From Octopus vulgaris (Eukaryota): a stretch of 64,000 nt of DNA. The notes beneath the pieces are model-generated. The model did no database searches. It was not told where the DNA came from and saw only the letters and a list, made by a program, of their open reading frames with translations. The translations under genes and the position numbers were made by a program. This document shows positions 13,857 to 26,682 of the stretch, piece by piece (the first letter of the stretch is position 1; the number at the start of each line of letters is the position of its first letter). The stretch lies in the NCBI GenBank assembly GCA_951406725.2, contig OX597824.1:50220001-50284000 (forward strand), in the 5' to 3' direction.

Positions 13857-15632
13857 ACGCGCGCGCGCGCGCACACACACACACACACATACATACTCAT
13901 ACAATCGCACATACTCATACGACTCATTAAGCAAAGTCGTTATAGTTTGGTATAGAATGTCATCCGTTATCTGTTTCACCACTTTGCGCTCTGCGTTCAA
14001 ATCCCGCCGAGATGAACATTGCACTTCATCGTTACATTGTCGATAAATCGAGGGTGGTGGATTTGCTGTCGTGTAACAATGTTGAATCGGGTGTGTTGCG
14101 TTATTTGTTCTATTTGTTCTGGTTCTTATGAATTCAAATCCCTCCACCCCTACTTGTGTTTTAGACTTCGTCTGCCGCTCTGCTTGGCACCTTGTTTAAC
14201 TCTCTTAGAAGCATTCGGACCAAGTTGCCGGCTTTAGAGCACCTTCTTATTTTCTTCTATCTCCCATCACTCTGGTCCTTTAAAGATAATGTAATCACGT
14301 ATACTCTTAACCTGACAAGATGATCACGGCAGTTGGAGGTCTTTATTAACACATCTGCTCGATCAGTATTGAAACGGAGTAGAATATCATCTTCAACAAC
14401 AGCAGCAGCAACAACCATAGCGAAATACCTCACCCTACAGGTTATCCATATTTATGTACCAGTTTCCAGGAATGTGTTTAATACATAAAATTGGTATATC
14501 CAATAACATTATACCGCTGTATATGGTGGCTATTTAAGCAATGTGCTCGCGGATGATTAAGGGGTTAGATGGATGCTGATGAAGGAGCAAAAACTCCCGA
14601 AATATGGCATATATGCTCATTACCCTTTTTTCCTCATCGGTCTCATTTGTTTACATCTAACGTCTCAGATACGAAAAGTCGTAAGAAAAATCAGTGCCGG
14701 CTATAATTTCAATAGAGTATCTGTAGAGACAACCTTTGTAAATAACAGCAGCGTAAACTTGTTTGAACGTTTCAAGCTTAAGATGCTACTGGGTCATGAC
14801 ACCAACAAATTTTGACAACAACAGTTGAACTATTTGCTGTGCTAAACAGACTTAGGTGATAGTATTATACTGGACGACGGATGAAATATAATACTGTTTA
14901 CAGAGGCAGTGGAAGTTGAGTTGTTTAAATACTGATAAATGGTAAGAGAGCTGAACAGCAGGTTAAAAAACTCCTCTCAGGCAAGTGTTTCAGCCCTTAA
15001 CTTTTTACACTCTAACAGGGCCAGGCTGCTTTCAGGTCATGTTGCCTGAGTGCTCTTCTGCTGACACTTTTTAGCCATTTGGATATTGGAGACTTGTGCA
15101 TTTAAACCACTTGGAGATTTCATCTAGTTGTAAATCTCCCCTGTTGACTCAGCTTTCGAACTTATACTTAAAGAAGAAATACATCATTTGTCATGGTAAT
15201 GGTGAAATATTAGACAGACAGATCGTAATTTATGTATTGGCGTTTCCTTGCATTTGTCATTGGAAAAAATGTTTGGTTCTAAGTGGTATGCTTCTGTTAT
15301 ATATAGGGTCGACGTCTTTAACTGTAGTTAACTTGGCGATTACCATTTACAAGACATAAATAAACCAAACACAATTCTAAAACACGTTTTAACGACGAAG
15401 GCCTCCGATTTCTACCCGGGTAACTGGTTTAAATCGAGTATCGTACACGCTCATCAATCTTGGGAAACCAAGATAGCTCCTGTTTATTTATAGCATTCGT
15501 TCTTTGCAATTATTGTCTCAAAATTCGAGAGATTTTCTTTCACTTTCGTGAGATGCATGTCAATATTTGCCTTTTTAGTAACAGAATAAATTGGATATAT
15601 GAATATGAATATCAATATTAAGAATATGAATA

Positions 15633-16406
15633 AGGCGGTGAGCTGACAGAATTGTAAGCACAGTGGGCGAAATACTTAGCGTCTTTCTTTACGTTCTGAG
15701 TTCAAATTCCGCCGAGGTCGACTTTACCTTTCGTCCTTTCGGGGTCAATAAATTAAGTACCTATTGAGCACTGGGGTCGATTTAATCTTACCCGAAATTG
15801 CTGGCCTTGTGATAAAATTTGAAACCAATATCAATAATATGAATAAGGTGGCGAGCTGGCAGAATTGTTAGCACGCCGGGCAAAATGCTTCAGAGTTCAA
15901 ATTCCGCCGAGGCCGACTTTGCCTCTCATTCTTCGACGTAACATCTCCCTGGAAATTGCTGGCCTTGTGCCAGAATTCGAAATCAATATTAATACTACGA
16001 ATATTACTATGAGTAAGACGGCGAGCTGGCAGAATCGTTAGCACGCCGGGCGAAATGCGTAGCCGTATTTCATCTGCCGTTACGTTCTGAGTTCAAATTC
16101 CGCCGAGGTCGACTTTGCCTTCCATCCTTTCGGGGTCGATTAAATAAGTACCAGTTACGCACTGGGGTCGATATAATCGACTTGATCCGTTTGTCTGTCC
16201 TTGTTTGTCCTCTTTGTGTTTAGCCCCTTGTGGGTAGTAAAGAAATAGGTACTTCGTCTGCCGCTACGTTCTGAGTTCAAATTCCGCCGAGGTCGACTTT
16301 GCCTTTCATAATTTCGGAGTCGATAAATTAAGTTCCAGTTGCGTACTGGGGTCGATCTAATCGACTAGCTCCCTCCCCCAAAATTTCGGGCCTTGTGTCA
16401 AGAGTA
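15633..16406 (+). mobile_element. Cluster of tandem tRNA-derived SINE family B copies; the last is a dimeric insertion with a 17-bp TSD
   Basis: Repeated ggcgagctggcagaa..gagttcaaattccgccgaggtcgactttgcctt..cggggtcgat at ~15633, 15846 and 16016, plus a headless monomer at ~16250. TSD gaatattactatgagta at 15999-16015 and 16407-16423. Confidence 0.9.
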
Positions 16407-17346
16407 GAATATTACTATGAGTATAAATAATATATTTTTAAGGTGAAAACTCCGTTAAATAACTGCAAGTATTCGGCAGAAGCCTTTTACAAATGGTTTC
16501 CATTGTCGCATTGAGATCACTATATTTACGTCCTTAGGACCATTAGGGAAGATTTGAACATCAAAACTTCTTAAATACCCTGCCTTAATTTTTAGATGTT
16601 ATGTTTTACTCTTTATGTAAGAGAATCATTAGGTAGAATTTATTAAATAAAGATTGAATCCTGAAGCACTAAATAGTGATTTCTGTAATTATCTCTCTGT
16701 TAGGCACACGGTCTCTTTTATGGAGCAGCATTCATAGTTGATTATTATGGAACACATAGTTCTGCTGTTGGCTAAAGCCTACGTAGCTTCCTCTGTGTGT
16801 GTGTTTATGCCTGTGAGTTTTATGTGTATAACTGTGTGCGTCCTGATGACTCTGTATGTGTGACTTTCAATGTATATGTGTCTGCATGATTGAGTGTGTG
16901 TGTGTGTGTGTTGAACATAACATGATATAACAACCACAAACATATTCTGCTTAATGGTTTAATTCCAAAGGGATCATTTACAACAGTGATTAGAAGGAAA
17001 AGGAAAGAATATTTCACAGGGACAGTGTTAAAGTTAGGATTAGGGTAAGGGCTTGGTGCAGAGAGAGAGAGGGGGAGAGAAAGAAAGATAGATAGATAGA
17101 CAAAGAAAGAGAGAGAGAGAGTAAGATATATAGAAAGGTAGATAGAGATAGAGAGACAGGGAGAAATCCAAAGGAAAAAAAGTACGAGAAGATTGTAATG
17201 ATTACGTCGGTGAGTGAGGAAGGAGCAAAGTTAAACAAAACAAAAAGAAAAAGCGAAGATGAGGAACAAAAAGGAACAAAAAGCGAAGGTAAAGCTAGAT
17301 CGAGAGAGGGAGAGAATGGGTGAGAGATGGATAGATAGATAGATAG

Positions 17347-17403
<57 letters not shown>

Positions 17404-17898
17404 ACGAAAGAGTGAATGAGAAGGGAGAGAGAGTACACGTCGGAGGCAAGAGTGTGATGTGAGGCAGGCAGATGCCTGAAGGGTAAACTTTCTTGAGTGT
17501 TAACGTTTCATATGTATTTCCTTAAGTTTCTCACCAAGTGAACGAATTCAAGTCGTTATCCAATTACCAATATATACATGTGTGTGTGTGTGTGCGTGTG
17601 CGTGTGTGTGTGTGTGCGTATGTGTGAGTTATAGATGTATGCGTATATATGAATAAGTGTGTATGTGCATGCATGTATGCGTTTGTATGTACGTATATAC
17701 AGCATACACACACACACAAACATATATATATATATATATATCTTAACACACACTTGTATAAGCACAGATTTTATGATAATAGGATAACAACTTGAATATG
17801 TACATGTATGAGTGCGTGCGTGGTGTGTGTGTGTATATACATACACACATACACACACACGCGCACACACACACACACACATACATATATATATATAC

Positions 17899-17972
<74 letters not shown>

Positions 17973-17984
17973 CTCTCTCCCTCT

Positions 17985-18066
<82 letters not shown>

Positions 18067-18178
18067 TGAGCGAAAATAAGGCAGAGAGAAGGAAAAAGAG
18101 GGAGGGCGAGCGATATATATATATATATATATATATCAATATGAATGTATACATACATATTCATATATATATATATTC

Positions 18179-18209
<31 letters not shown>

Positions 18210-18764
18210 TGTATGCATGTGTATGTAAGTATGTATGTAAATTTGTATGCGTGTATGTATGCGCGTGTAACAAGCGACAGAGATACTCTGGTAAATACAT
18301 GGCGGCGATTGGCGAGTTGTGAAGAGGCGAAGGCAAAGAGAGAGAAGACAAAACAAAGAGGATGAGGAGGAGAAGACAGTGTGACATACTACAAGGCTGA
18401 TCTCTGAGAGGAGTGGAAAATTAATAACCAATCCACATAAAGCGTCAACAGCAACAACAACACCAGTAGCAGCAGCAAGAAAAATAATAACAATGAGGAG
18501 ATTAAAAGACAAAAGGGAACCATGATAAATAGCAATTAATAAAGGAAAGAAATGAGAAAAGAACAGTGGAGGTGGTTTTTTGAGCCAAACAACGACAGCA
18601 ATGTCAATGGAAGATGGCGACAACAATAACAAGAATAAAGCCGATGACTATGATGACGACCACGATGACGATGACTATGAGCATTAGAATATATTCTTCA
18701 TTACTCTACACGATTAAAGAGCGTGGTGTAAAGCTGCAAGCATAAATAGCTGTATGACTATACT

Positions 18765-19145
18765 CTTTCTCTTTTACTTGTTTCAGTCATTTGACTGCGG
18801 CCATGCTGGAGCACCGCCTTTAGTCGAGCAAATCGACCCCGGGACTTATTCTTTGTAAGCCCAGTACTTATTCTATCGGTCTCTATTGCCGAACCGCTAA
18901 GTGACGGGGACGTAAACACACCAGCATCGGTTGTCAAACAATGCTAGGGAGACAAACACAGACACACAAACACATACACACACACTTATATATATATACA
19001 TATATACGACAGGCTTCTTTCAGTTTCCGTCTACCAAATCCACTCACAAGGCATTGGTCGGCTCGGGGCTATAGCAGAAGACACTTGCCCAAGATGCCAC
19101 GCAGTGGGACTGAACCCGGAACCATGTGGTTTGTTAGCAAAATGC
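18765..19145 (-). mobile_element. Near full-length tRNA-derived SINE family A (CORE-like central motif)
   Basis: Reverse complement matches 63339-63720: B-box, cttgggcaagtgtcttct, internal (TG)n, tail ..catggccgcagtcaaatgactgaaacaagtaaaaga. Confidence 0.88.
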
Positions 19146-19199
19146 TACGTACACATATATACAGCGTATATATACAGATATACAGCATATATACAAACA

Positions 19200-19995
19200 T
19201 AATTAGAGGATAAAATTACTCAAACTAATGAATTTCATCCGTGGCCAGCATATAAAAAAAACTTTTTAGGTAAAATGGATATAGAGAGAGATATAATTGT
19301 ATAAAGGGCACAGAAACTATCATGTCTATATGCTAAAAGTAGATGCCACGCACGTCCAACCACTTCAGATATTCACTCCACATGTATACACAGGTTGAAA
19401 GTGGGAAAGCAGACTGACTAAAAATTCATAAAATAATTAAGATAATTTTGGATTGATCAATTTTTGGATTAGTTTGATAACTTTTCCTTTATCAGCGAAA
19501 TAAATGCAAATATTTGTACATACCCACAGGAAAGTACGTGCAAAATGCAAGTACATATTCATAAATATATACACATCGAATTTCGCAGTCCACCTCAACA
19601 CGTGTATATTTGCTCAGAATAGTATAGAGGTAAATAAACTGACCCGAAGTGAATGGGTTATATTTAAACATAATTAAAAGATAAAATCATTAAAACTAAT
19701 GAATTTTATCAGTGCCCAGCATATAAAAAATCATTTTCGGTAAAATACATATATAGAGATATAGAATTGTATAGGGTACAATTATACTTAAGAGCACAGA
19801 AGCTACCATGCTTATTTGCTGAAAGTAGACGCCGAATACGTCAATCCAAATTGTTTTAATTATTTTATGAATTTTTAGTCAGTCTGCTTTCCCGTTTTCA
19901 ACCTGTGTATATATGTGGAGTGAATATCTGCAGTGGTTAGACGTATTTGGTGTCTACTTTCAGTATATAGGCATGGTATCTTCTGTGCCCTGAAG
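19200..19995. repeat. Rearranged inverted/direct copies of a non-coding terminal element; another copy at 21338-21480
   Basis: ~19300-19440 is the reverse complement of ~19858-19995. 19350-19490 is the reverse complement of 21338-21480. 19205-19350 is similar to 19680-19840. Confidence 0.8.
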
Positions 19996-20068
19996 CATGA
20001 TTGTACCCTATACAATCTCTCTCTCTACATCCATCCATCCATCCATCCATCCATACACACACACACAC

Positions 20069-20125
<57 letters not shown>

Positions 20126-20134
20126 CATATATAT

Positions 20135-20374
20135 TATTTTGCTTTGCGGGAGCAACTGTTTCTCGAAGACACATCTTGTAATTGCTCAAAATGTGGATTA
20201 GATAAAACAGCCGACAACTGATGAAGGGTTATTCTTTATGTTACTTGTCGTTTTCCCTTTGCTTCTTTCGTTGTTCGCAAAAAGTTCGTATTTCGTATTT
20301 CATGTTGTTTACATTTTATGATGTCCTGTACCCATATATGCATATGTATATACATATATAAGTATATATGTATG

Positions 20375-20459
<85 letters not shown>

Positions 20460-20683
20460 ACTTTATTATATGATTGAACGCCACGCGTCCATTTCCAAGT
20501 AAGTTTATCTTAATGATTTTGATTCGACTCTCTATACTGTTCTCTCTCTTACTTCGTTTCTTCTCTCTTCCTTTCTCTAATTCTCTTTATAATTTTTTCT
20601 GAAACTTCAGATTTTTAAATATGCTAGACCACTGGTTTTAAATTGATATTAATCAAATTAATATTTCACCCTTATTATTTTAA

Positions 20684-20686
<3 letters not shown>
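20135..20686 (+). repeat. Dispersed non-coding repeat family, also at 54085-54420 and partly 23770-23880, with a permuted hammerhead-like motif
   Basis: Shared blocks tagataaaacag..CTGA(T/A)GA..ttctttatgtt, gatgtcctgtac and tatatgat(t/c)gaacgcca. Confidence 0.75.
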
Positions 20687-20777
<91 letters not shown>

Positions 20778-20795
20778 TATTGTATTTAGGAATGG

Positions 20796-20876
<81 letters not shown>

Positions 20877-21048
20877 TACGTTTATATATTTGTTTTGCAA
20901 GATTTTTATGTGAAATCGTGTGTTGAAACATATATTGTTGTATTTAGGAATGGTCATTTTGCCAGTTTAGCCAATAAAAACACACGCACTATATATTTGG
21001 TGCTCCTTTGCTTCAGCGTTATTTACATTAATCTTAATCTTATATCGG

Positions 21049-21088
21049 CCAGAGTTCTTTCGTCACACTCCTGTGACCTCATCAGTGG
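21049..21088 (-). ncRNA. Minimal type I hammerhead ribozyme motif
   Basis: Minus strand reads CCA CUGAUGA G GUCACA GGAG UGUGAC GAAA G AA C UC UGG. Intact core, 6-bp stem II, 3-bp stem I, minimal stem III, CUC triplet; one extra G after A9. Confidence 0.75.
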
Positions 21089-21502
21089 TACTTTGCTTTC
21101 TTCTTTCTTATTCGTGTGTCTCTCCCTACTAAAGATCAGCCATTTTGTATTTTGTATTCCTATTGTATGTGTCTTCATTTGCGCATGCGTATACCTCTAT
21201 GTGTGTCTATGTTTAGTTAGTGTGTGTGTGTGGGGGGGAGTGCCTGTAATATTTGTATCTCCTGTTTATATACGTTTGTGTAATTTGTTTTTGTTTTTGT
21301 TTTTTTCTATTTTGTTCGTGTGTTTACACCTACTCATTAAAGGAAAAGTTATCAAACTAATCCAAAAATTGATCAATCCAAAATTATCTTAATTATTTTA
21401 TGAATTTTTAGTCAGTCTGCTTTCCCACTTTCAACCTGTGTATACATGTGGAGTGAATATCTGAAGTGGTTGGACGTGCATATATATATATATATATATA
21501 CA

Positions 21503-22065
21503 CAATAAAAGCAGCTTTAGTGTAATAAATATTATTAACTAAATATGCTTAATGTGTATGCTTTGTGTATATTCCGGTGGCTGCAATAGCATGGAGGAGT
21601 ATATATACTCTCAAACTGCTGGGTGTAGAGCACCTCAGTCATGGACAGGTAAGATAACCAGAAAATACACAAAGCATATACATTAAGTATATGCAGTAAT
21701 AATATTTATTATACTAGAGCTGCTTTTATTTGATACATAAATGTTCTCTTAGATATGCAGTTTCTGAGCATTCCAGCTCATGATTTAACAAGCCATGAAC
21801 ATGATTTTACAAGCCATGAGCATGATTTTACAAGCCGTGGATTAGCTGGGTCACATGCCTTCAATCCAGGCGGGTAGGTGATGTTGACAAGCCACAAAAA
21901 TGGCGAAACACCCGGTGTCCATTACCCTCAACTAGGATTGAAGGTGGGTTATCTTGCCTCCCCATGTCCGAGGTGTTTTACACTCGTCGGTTTAAAAGTA
22001 TATATACTACACCACGCTATTTCAACCACAGGAAAATTCACAAAGCGTATACATTAAGTATACGT

Positions 22066-22075
<10 letters not shown>
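21503..22075. repeat. Nested fold-back element containing a hammerhead and a 3x21-bp tandem repeat
   Basis: 21503-21575 is inverted at 21657-21731, and 21530-21660 is inverted at ~21946-22075. catgattttacaagccatga(a/g)-type unit x3 at 21779-21841. Confidence 0.85.
21857..21945 (+). ncRNA. Extended type I hammerhead ribozyme with a U3-A8 variant core
   Basis: GCCUUCAAUCC..GGUGAUG UUGACAA GCCA CAAAAA UGGC GAAA CAC CCG GUG UC CAUUACC..GGAUUGAAGGU. All three stems pair; GUC triplet at 21917-21919. Confidence 0.8.
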
Positions 22076-22152
<77 letters not shown>

Positions 22153-22701
22153 TAATATTAATAATAATAATGATAATAAAATATAATATATAATATAAGC
22201 TTTAGTCCACTCAACTAGACTCAACAACATTCTTTAGTACGCTCTCAGATTTTCATAAAGATAAAATATGTATATCCGAATATGGTATCTGCTATTTCTT
22301 TCATGAAGTCTTCTGTAATAATAATAGTTTTGTTGTACACTTCTCGCACTGAGGAGAACAGCGTTATATAATTGATTTAATTTAATCAAATTCTATTCAT
22401 TCTCCCATGTTTTTTACATGTTAATATCGCTGTTTGAAACGATCGTATGCATGTATTAAAATTCTTTCAAATTTTAACATCTCTTCTCCATTTTTAACAT
22501 ATTTGTTGTGTTTCTATGGGATATCTTTCCTTAAATTCTCACAACACCCCATATACATGGAATAATTTCATATTCGCAAAAATCTTACGCCATTAAGGTA
22601 CCAGCAAAATATGAAGAATCTTTGTTAGAAATTGCCCTTTGGAACCCCACAAAATAAAGGATGAAATATAATGTAACCTTTTCACGCACACACACACACA
22701 T

Positions 22702-22738
<37 letters not shown>

Positions 22739-23113
22739 TACATACACACACGCATGCACATACATGTATATGAAGTCTACAGTTATCATGTTGCTTTAAA
22801 ACTTGTAAATTACATCAGTCGTTTGAAGGCCAGTTGCATCATTTGCTTTGCCGTTGATGAGGCTTATTATGACATTTTTCGTAATGCTTTTCCTAATATA
22901 TTATTTATGCTAATTGATGGTTGAGAGGGATGTATACTTTGTTTGATGGGATATTTCTTTATATATTCTTTAGTCAGAGTTCATATGGTTTGTTTGATAT
23001 AATATTAATATAAGGTTCGTGTGTAAATAATTATTAGGTTTTACTTGAGTTACATTAGAGTTGAATTACTTTTTCGATTCTCCTATAAGAAATGTTTTCA
23101 ATAAAACCTGAAC

Positions 23114-23155
<42 letters not shown>

Positions 23156-23559
23156 CTAGTTTCAGCTCAGAGCTGCGGCCATGCTGATGCACCGCCGTTG
23201 GTGCATATATATATATATATATATATATCAACAACTAAAATATTCAGCAAAAATATTTGGAAAGCAGGCACGTCATTGTTTTCCATAATCCTCGGCTAAA
23301 GTAAAAACGGCAACAATCATCGACACAAAACTATTTTCTGAGGGGTTAACACTGAGAAAGTCAGGAAACGTAAATCGATTTATGGGACATATTTTTTGTC
23401 TCAAAACATATATAACTACGAAGGATACATGATGGCTTCCTGAATATAACAAAATGTTTAATACAGAATCGTAGTCTTGTTCGATATTAGATGTATAAAA
23501 AACGTCAGTTTCAATATAAACAAGAGCATATCTGAATATGCCATCAGTGTGTGTATGTT

Positions 23560-23596
<37 letters not shown>

Positions 23597-23665
23597 GCAT
23601 ACATACGTATATGTACAAACTTACATCTATACATGCATACATACATACACACACACATACACACG

Positions 23666-23751
<86 letters not shown>

Positions 23752-25104
23752 TATATATATATATATACTTGTCCTGTTTTCCAATTTTCTCTCACCTTGT
23801 TTGCGTATTTAACTCATTTCTTTTCGTAGTTCATGTTGTTTACGCAGTTGGTGATGTCCTGTACTCATATGCATATATATGTATGAGTATATGCATATAT
23901 ACACACACACACACACATACACACATATATATATATACATATATATACACATACTTATATACATACATGCACACACTTGTGTATGTGTATACATATATAA
24001 TGTTTTGTATATATGTATATACGTGTGTCTGTATATAATTATTTATTTAGGATTATAATTATTTGTGGATACATATTCGGTATATTTATATAAAATAATA
24101 AAATATTAAATTATGCATACACCCCCTCCACACATATATATTTGTTTATATAGACATAGTCACTTTCATACGCATACACATACTCAGGCGGGTGCATACA
24201 CCCCCCCTTATGTAAGTTTATAGACACGTGTGTATGTATGTATGTATGTATGTATGTTGGTATGTGTGCATATATATGTAGGTTTGTGCCTGTATATGTA
24301 TGTATATGTAGGTAGATTTGTGTGAGTGTATGTGTGTGTGTACATGCACATCAACATATGTACGTGCGCGTGTGTATGTGCAGGTGACAAGAATTTAGTG
24401 GGCGTTGATGGTTGTGTTTGCTTAGTTAATTGTTTTAGCAGTTGTTGTTGTAGTCACTGTCACCGCCATTGGTGATGGTGGTAGCGGTGGCGGCGGTGGC
24501 GGTGGTGCCTGTCGCGATAATGGTGGTGGTGGTGGAGATAGTGTTGATAGTGTTTGCCAAAGTAAATAGGGTGTGCGTGATGGTGCTGGTAGCTGATAAA
24601 AGGGAGTGGCAGCAGAGGAAGGAGAAGTAGAACTGTAGAGAGTGGCAGGAGGAGGGTTTACGGAAAGAACACAAGACACCTATTGATGTCTTTTGATTCA
24701 GCTAAGCCTTTCCTCCACACACACATGCACATAGACGCACACAGGAACGCATACACACAAAAACATTTTATTTCCTTCTTCCATCAAACGCTGTATTTTT
24801 TCTCTCGCTTTCCGGTCGTCAACACACCACACCGCCCTCTTCCTCTTAGAATTCAGTCGTTATTTAATCTTCTAGCCAATTACCATTGTTACGGCTTTGT
24901 AATATATTCTTCGCACAAGAAATCGCCCATTCTTTCTTGTAATCATTTAATTGTTTGGTTGTGATGTTTCACACCTTTCTTAACTCCCTTGCTCAGTGAC
25001 TTCTTCATATACAAGGGTAGTTTGTGTTTGTTTGACACCGTGCGTATAAGTGTGTATGACTGTGCGAATGTGTGTGTGTGTGTGAATATATATCTATGTG
25101 AATG

Positions 25105-25155
<51 letters not shown>

Positions 25156-25551
25156 ACATACATACATACATACATACATACATACATACATTCATGCGTA
25201 CATATGTACATACAAGCATACATACATGCATACATATATACATACATGCATACGTACGTATATATATATATATATACGTTTTTTTCTTTTACTCGTTTTT
25301 TTTCTTCTTTTACTCGCGGCCATGATGGGGCACCACGCTGCAGGGCTTTTAGTCGAACAAATCGTATTTCGGACTTTTTTTTTTTGGGAAGCCTAGTACT
25401 AATTCTATCAGTCTTTTTCGCAGATTCTCAGGCTTACGGGAACGTAAAGACACCAATATCGGTTATGAAGCGCTGGAAGGAGACAGACACAAACATAGAC
25501 ACACACACACACATAGACACAATGGCACACACTCTCTCACACACACGCTCA

Positions 25552-25595
<44 letters not shown>

Positions 25596-25919
25596 TATAT
25601 ATATATACACATATATATTTATACACACACACATATATATATTTATAAATACACAAATACACATACATATATATAAACGCAGTCACACACATACATATTA
25701 TTCACCTTTAGAAGAGGACAGTGATCTCGAAATTTCAGCCTGATAGGTTTTAGCGGACTGTCAGCGCTCTTCTTGCAAATGCATAACACATATATACTCA
25801 ATAAAAGTATAAAATAATCCTTTAGTTTAATGGAAATTGGTTTTATGATAGCTCGGGAGAAACACAGAAAACCTTTATGTATACATATCTATATGTATGT
25901 GTATATAAGCATTTATCTA

Positions 25920-25954
<35 letters not shown>

Positions 25955-25956
<2 letters not shown>

Positions 25957-26257
25957 CTGTAAATATAATATGTGACAATTATTCGGTAACCATGATAACA
26001 CTCAGAGTTTCGGATGTCGGGGCGGAAACCCACGCCGCTGTCTCTTCAGTTATCCGGCCATCGGAAAAAATGCTATCTAGATAGCAGCATTTTTTCGATG
26101 GCCGGATAACTGAAGAGATAGCGGCGTGGGTCTTCGCCCCGACATCCGAAACTCGGAGTTTTATCATGGCTACCGAATAAATGTCATATATTTACAGATA
26201 AATTCGTCTATTTACATAATATCGAGATCTCTTTCTTTTGTTGTCTTACCATTTTTA
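25955..26257. repeat. ~245-bp near-perfect palindrome of a hammerhead-bearing element; the right arm extends further
   Basis: 25955-26075 is inverted at ~26085-26200; the centre tgctatctagatagca (26071-26086) is itself palindromic. Confidence 0.92.
26100..26171 (+). ncRNA. Type I hammerhead-like motif; mirror copy on the minus strand at ~25989-26059
   Basis: GGCCGGAUAA CUGAAGA GAU..AUC C GAAA CUC G GAG UU UUAUC A UGGCU with a GUU triplet; the mirror copy has GUG. Stem II register is imperfect (one extra C). Confidence 0.6.
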
Positions 26258-26588
26258 TCAATATATATATAACAATTTGGTGATGCAAACAGGAAATTAG
26301 AACTCAAAACATAAGTGTATATACATATATATATATATTTTATTAATAACTGGCAGAAGTCACAGAGTGACTCAATAGCCGAGAGGGAGATATGCATATG
26401 TACGCCTGTGTAAACATATGCACGCATGTACGTGATAAAACGGACTAAGACTGTTCTATACGCGTGTACATTAATAATTTATATATTGTAGATTGAAGAG
26501 AAAGTGAGAAGGTAGATAAGATAAACCTGTATTGCATGCATACACATATTTATAGATGCATACAACATACACATTTATTCATATATAC

Positions 26589-26682
<94 letters not shown>

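Noticed and set aside
14570-15360. Complex sequence with short ORFs, possibly a decayed transposon or exon
   Set aside because: No recognisable motif or consistent splice signals.
21779-21841. Short direct repeats as a CRISPR-like array
   Set aside because: Units are contiguous with no spacers, the context is eukaryotic and there are no cas genes.
23495-23550. Minus-strand CTGATGG-CATAT..ATATG..GAAAC
   Set aside because: Core mismatch, GAAA not adjacent to the stem, no stem I.
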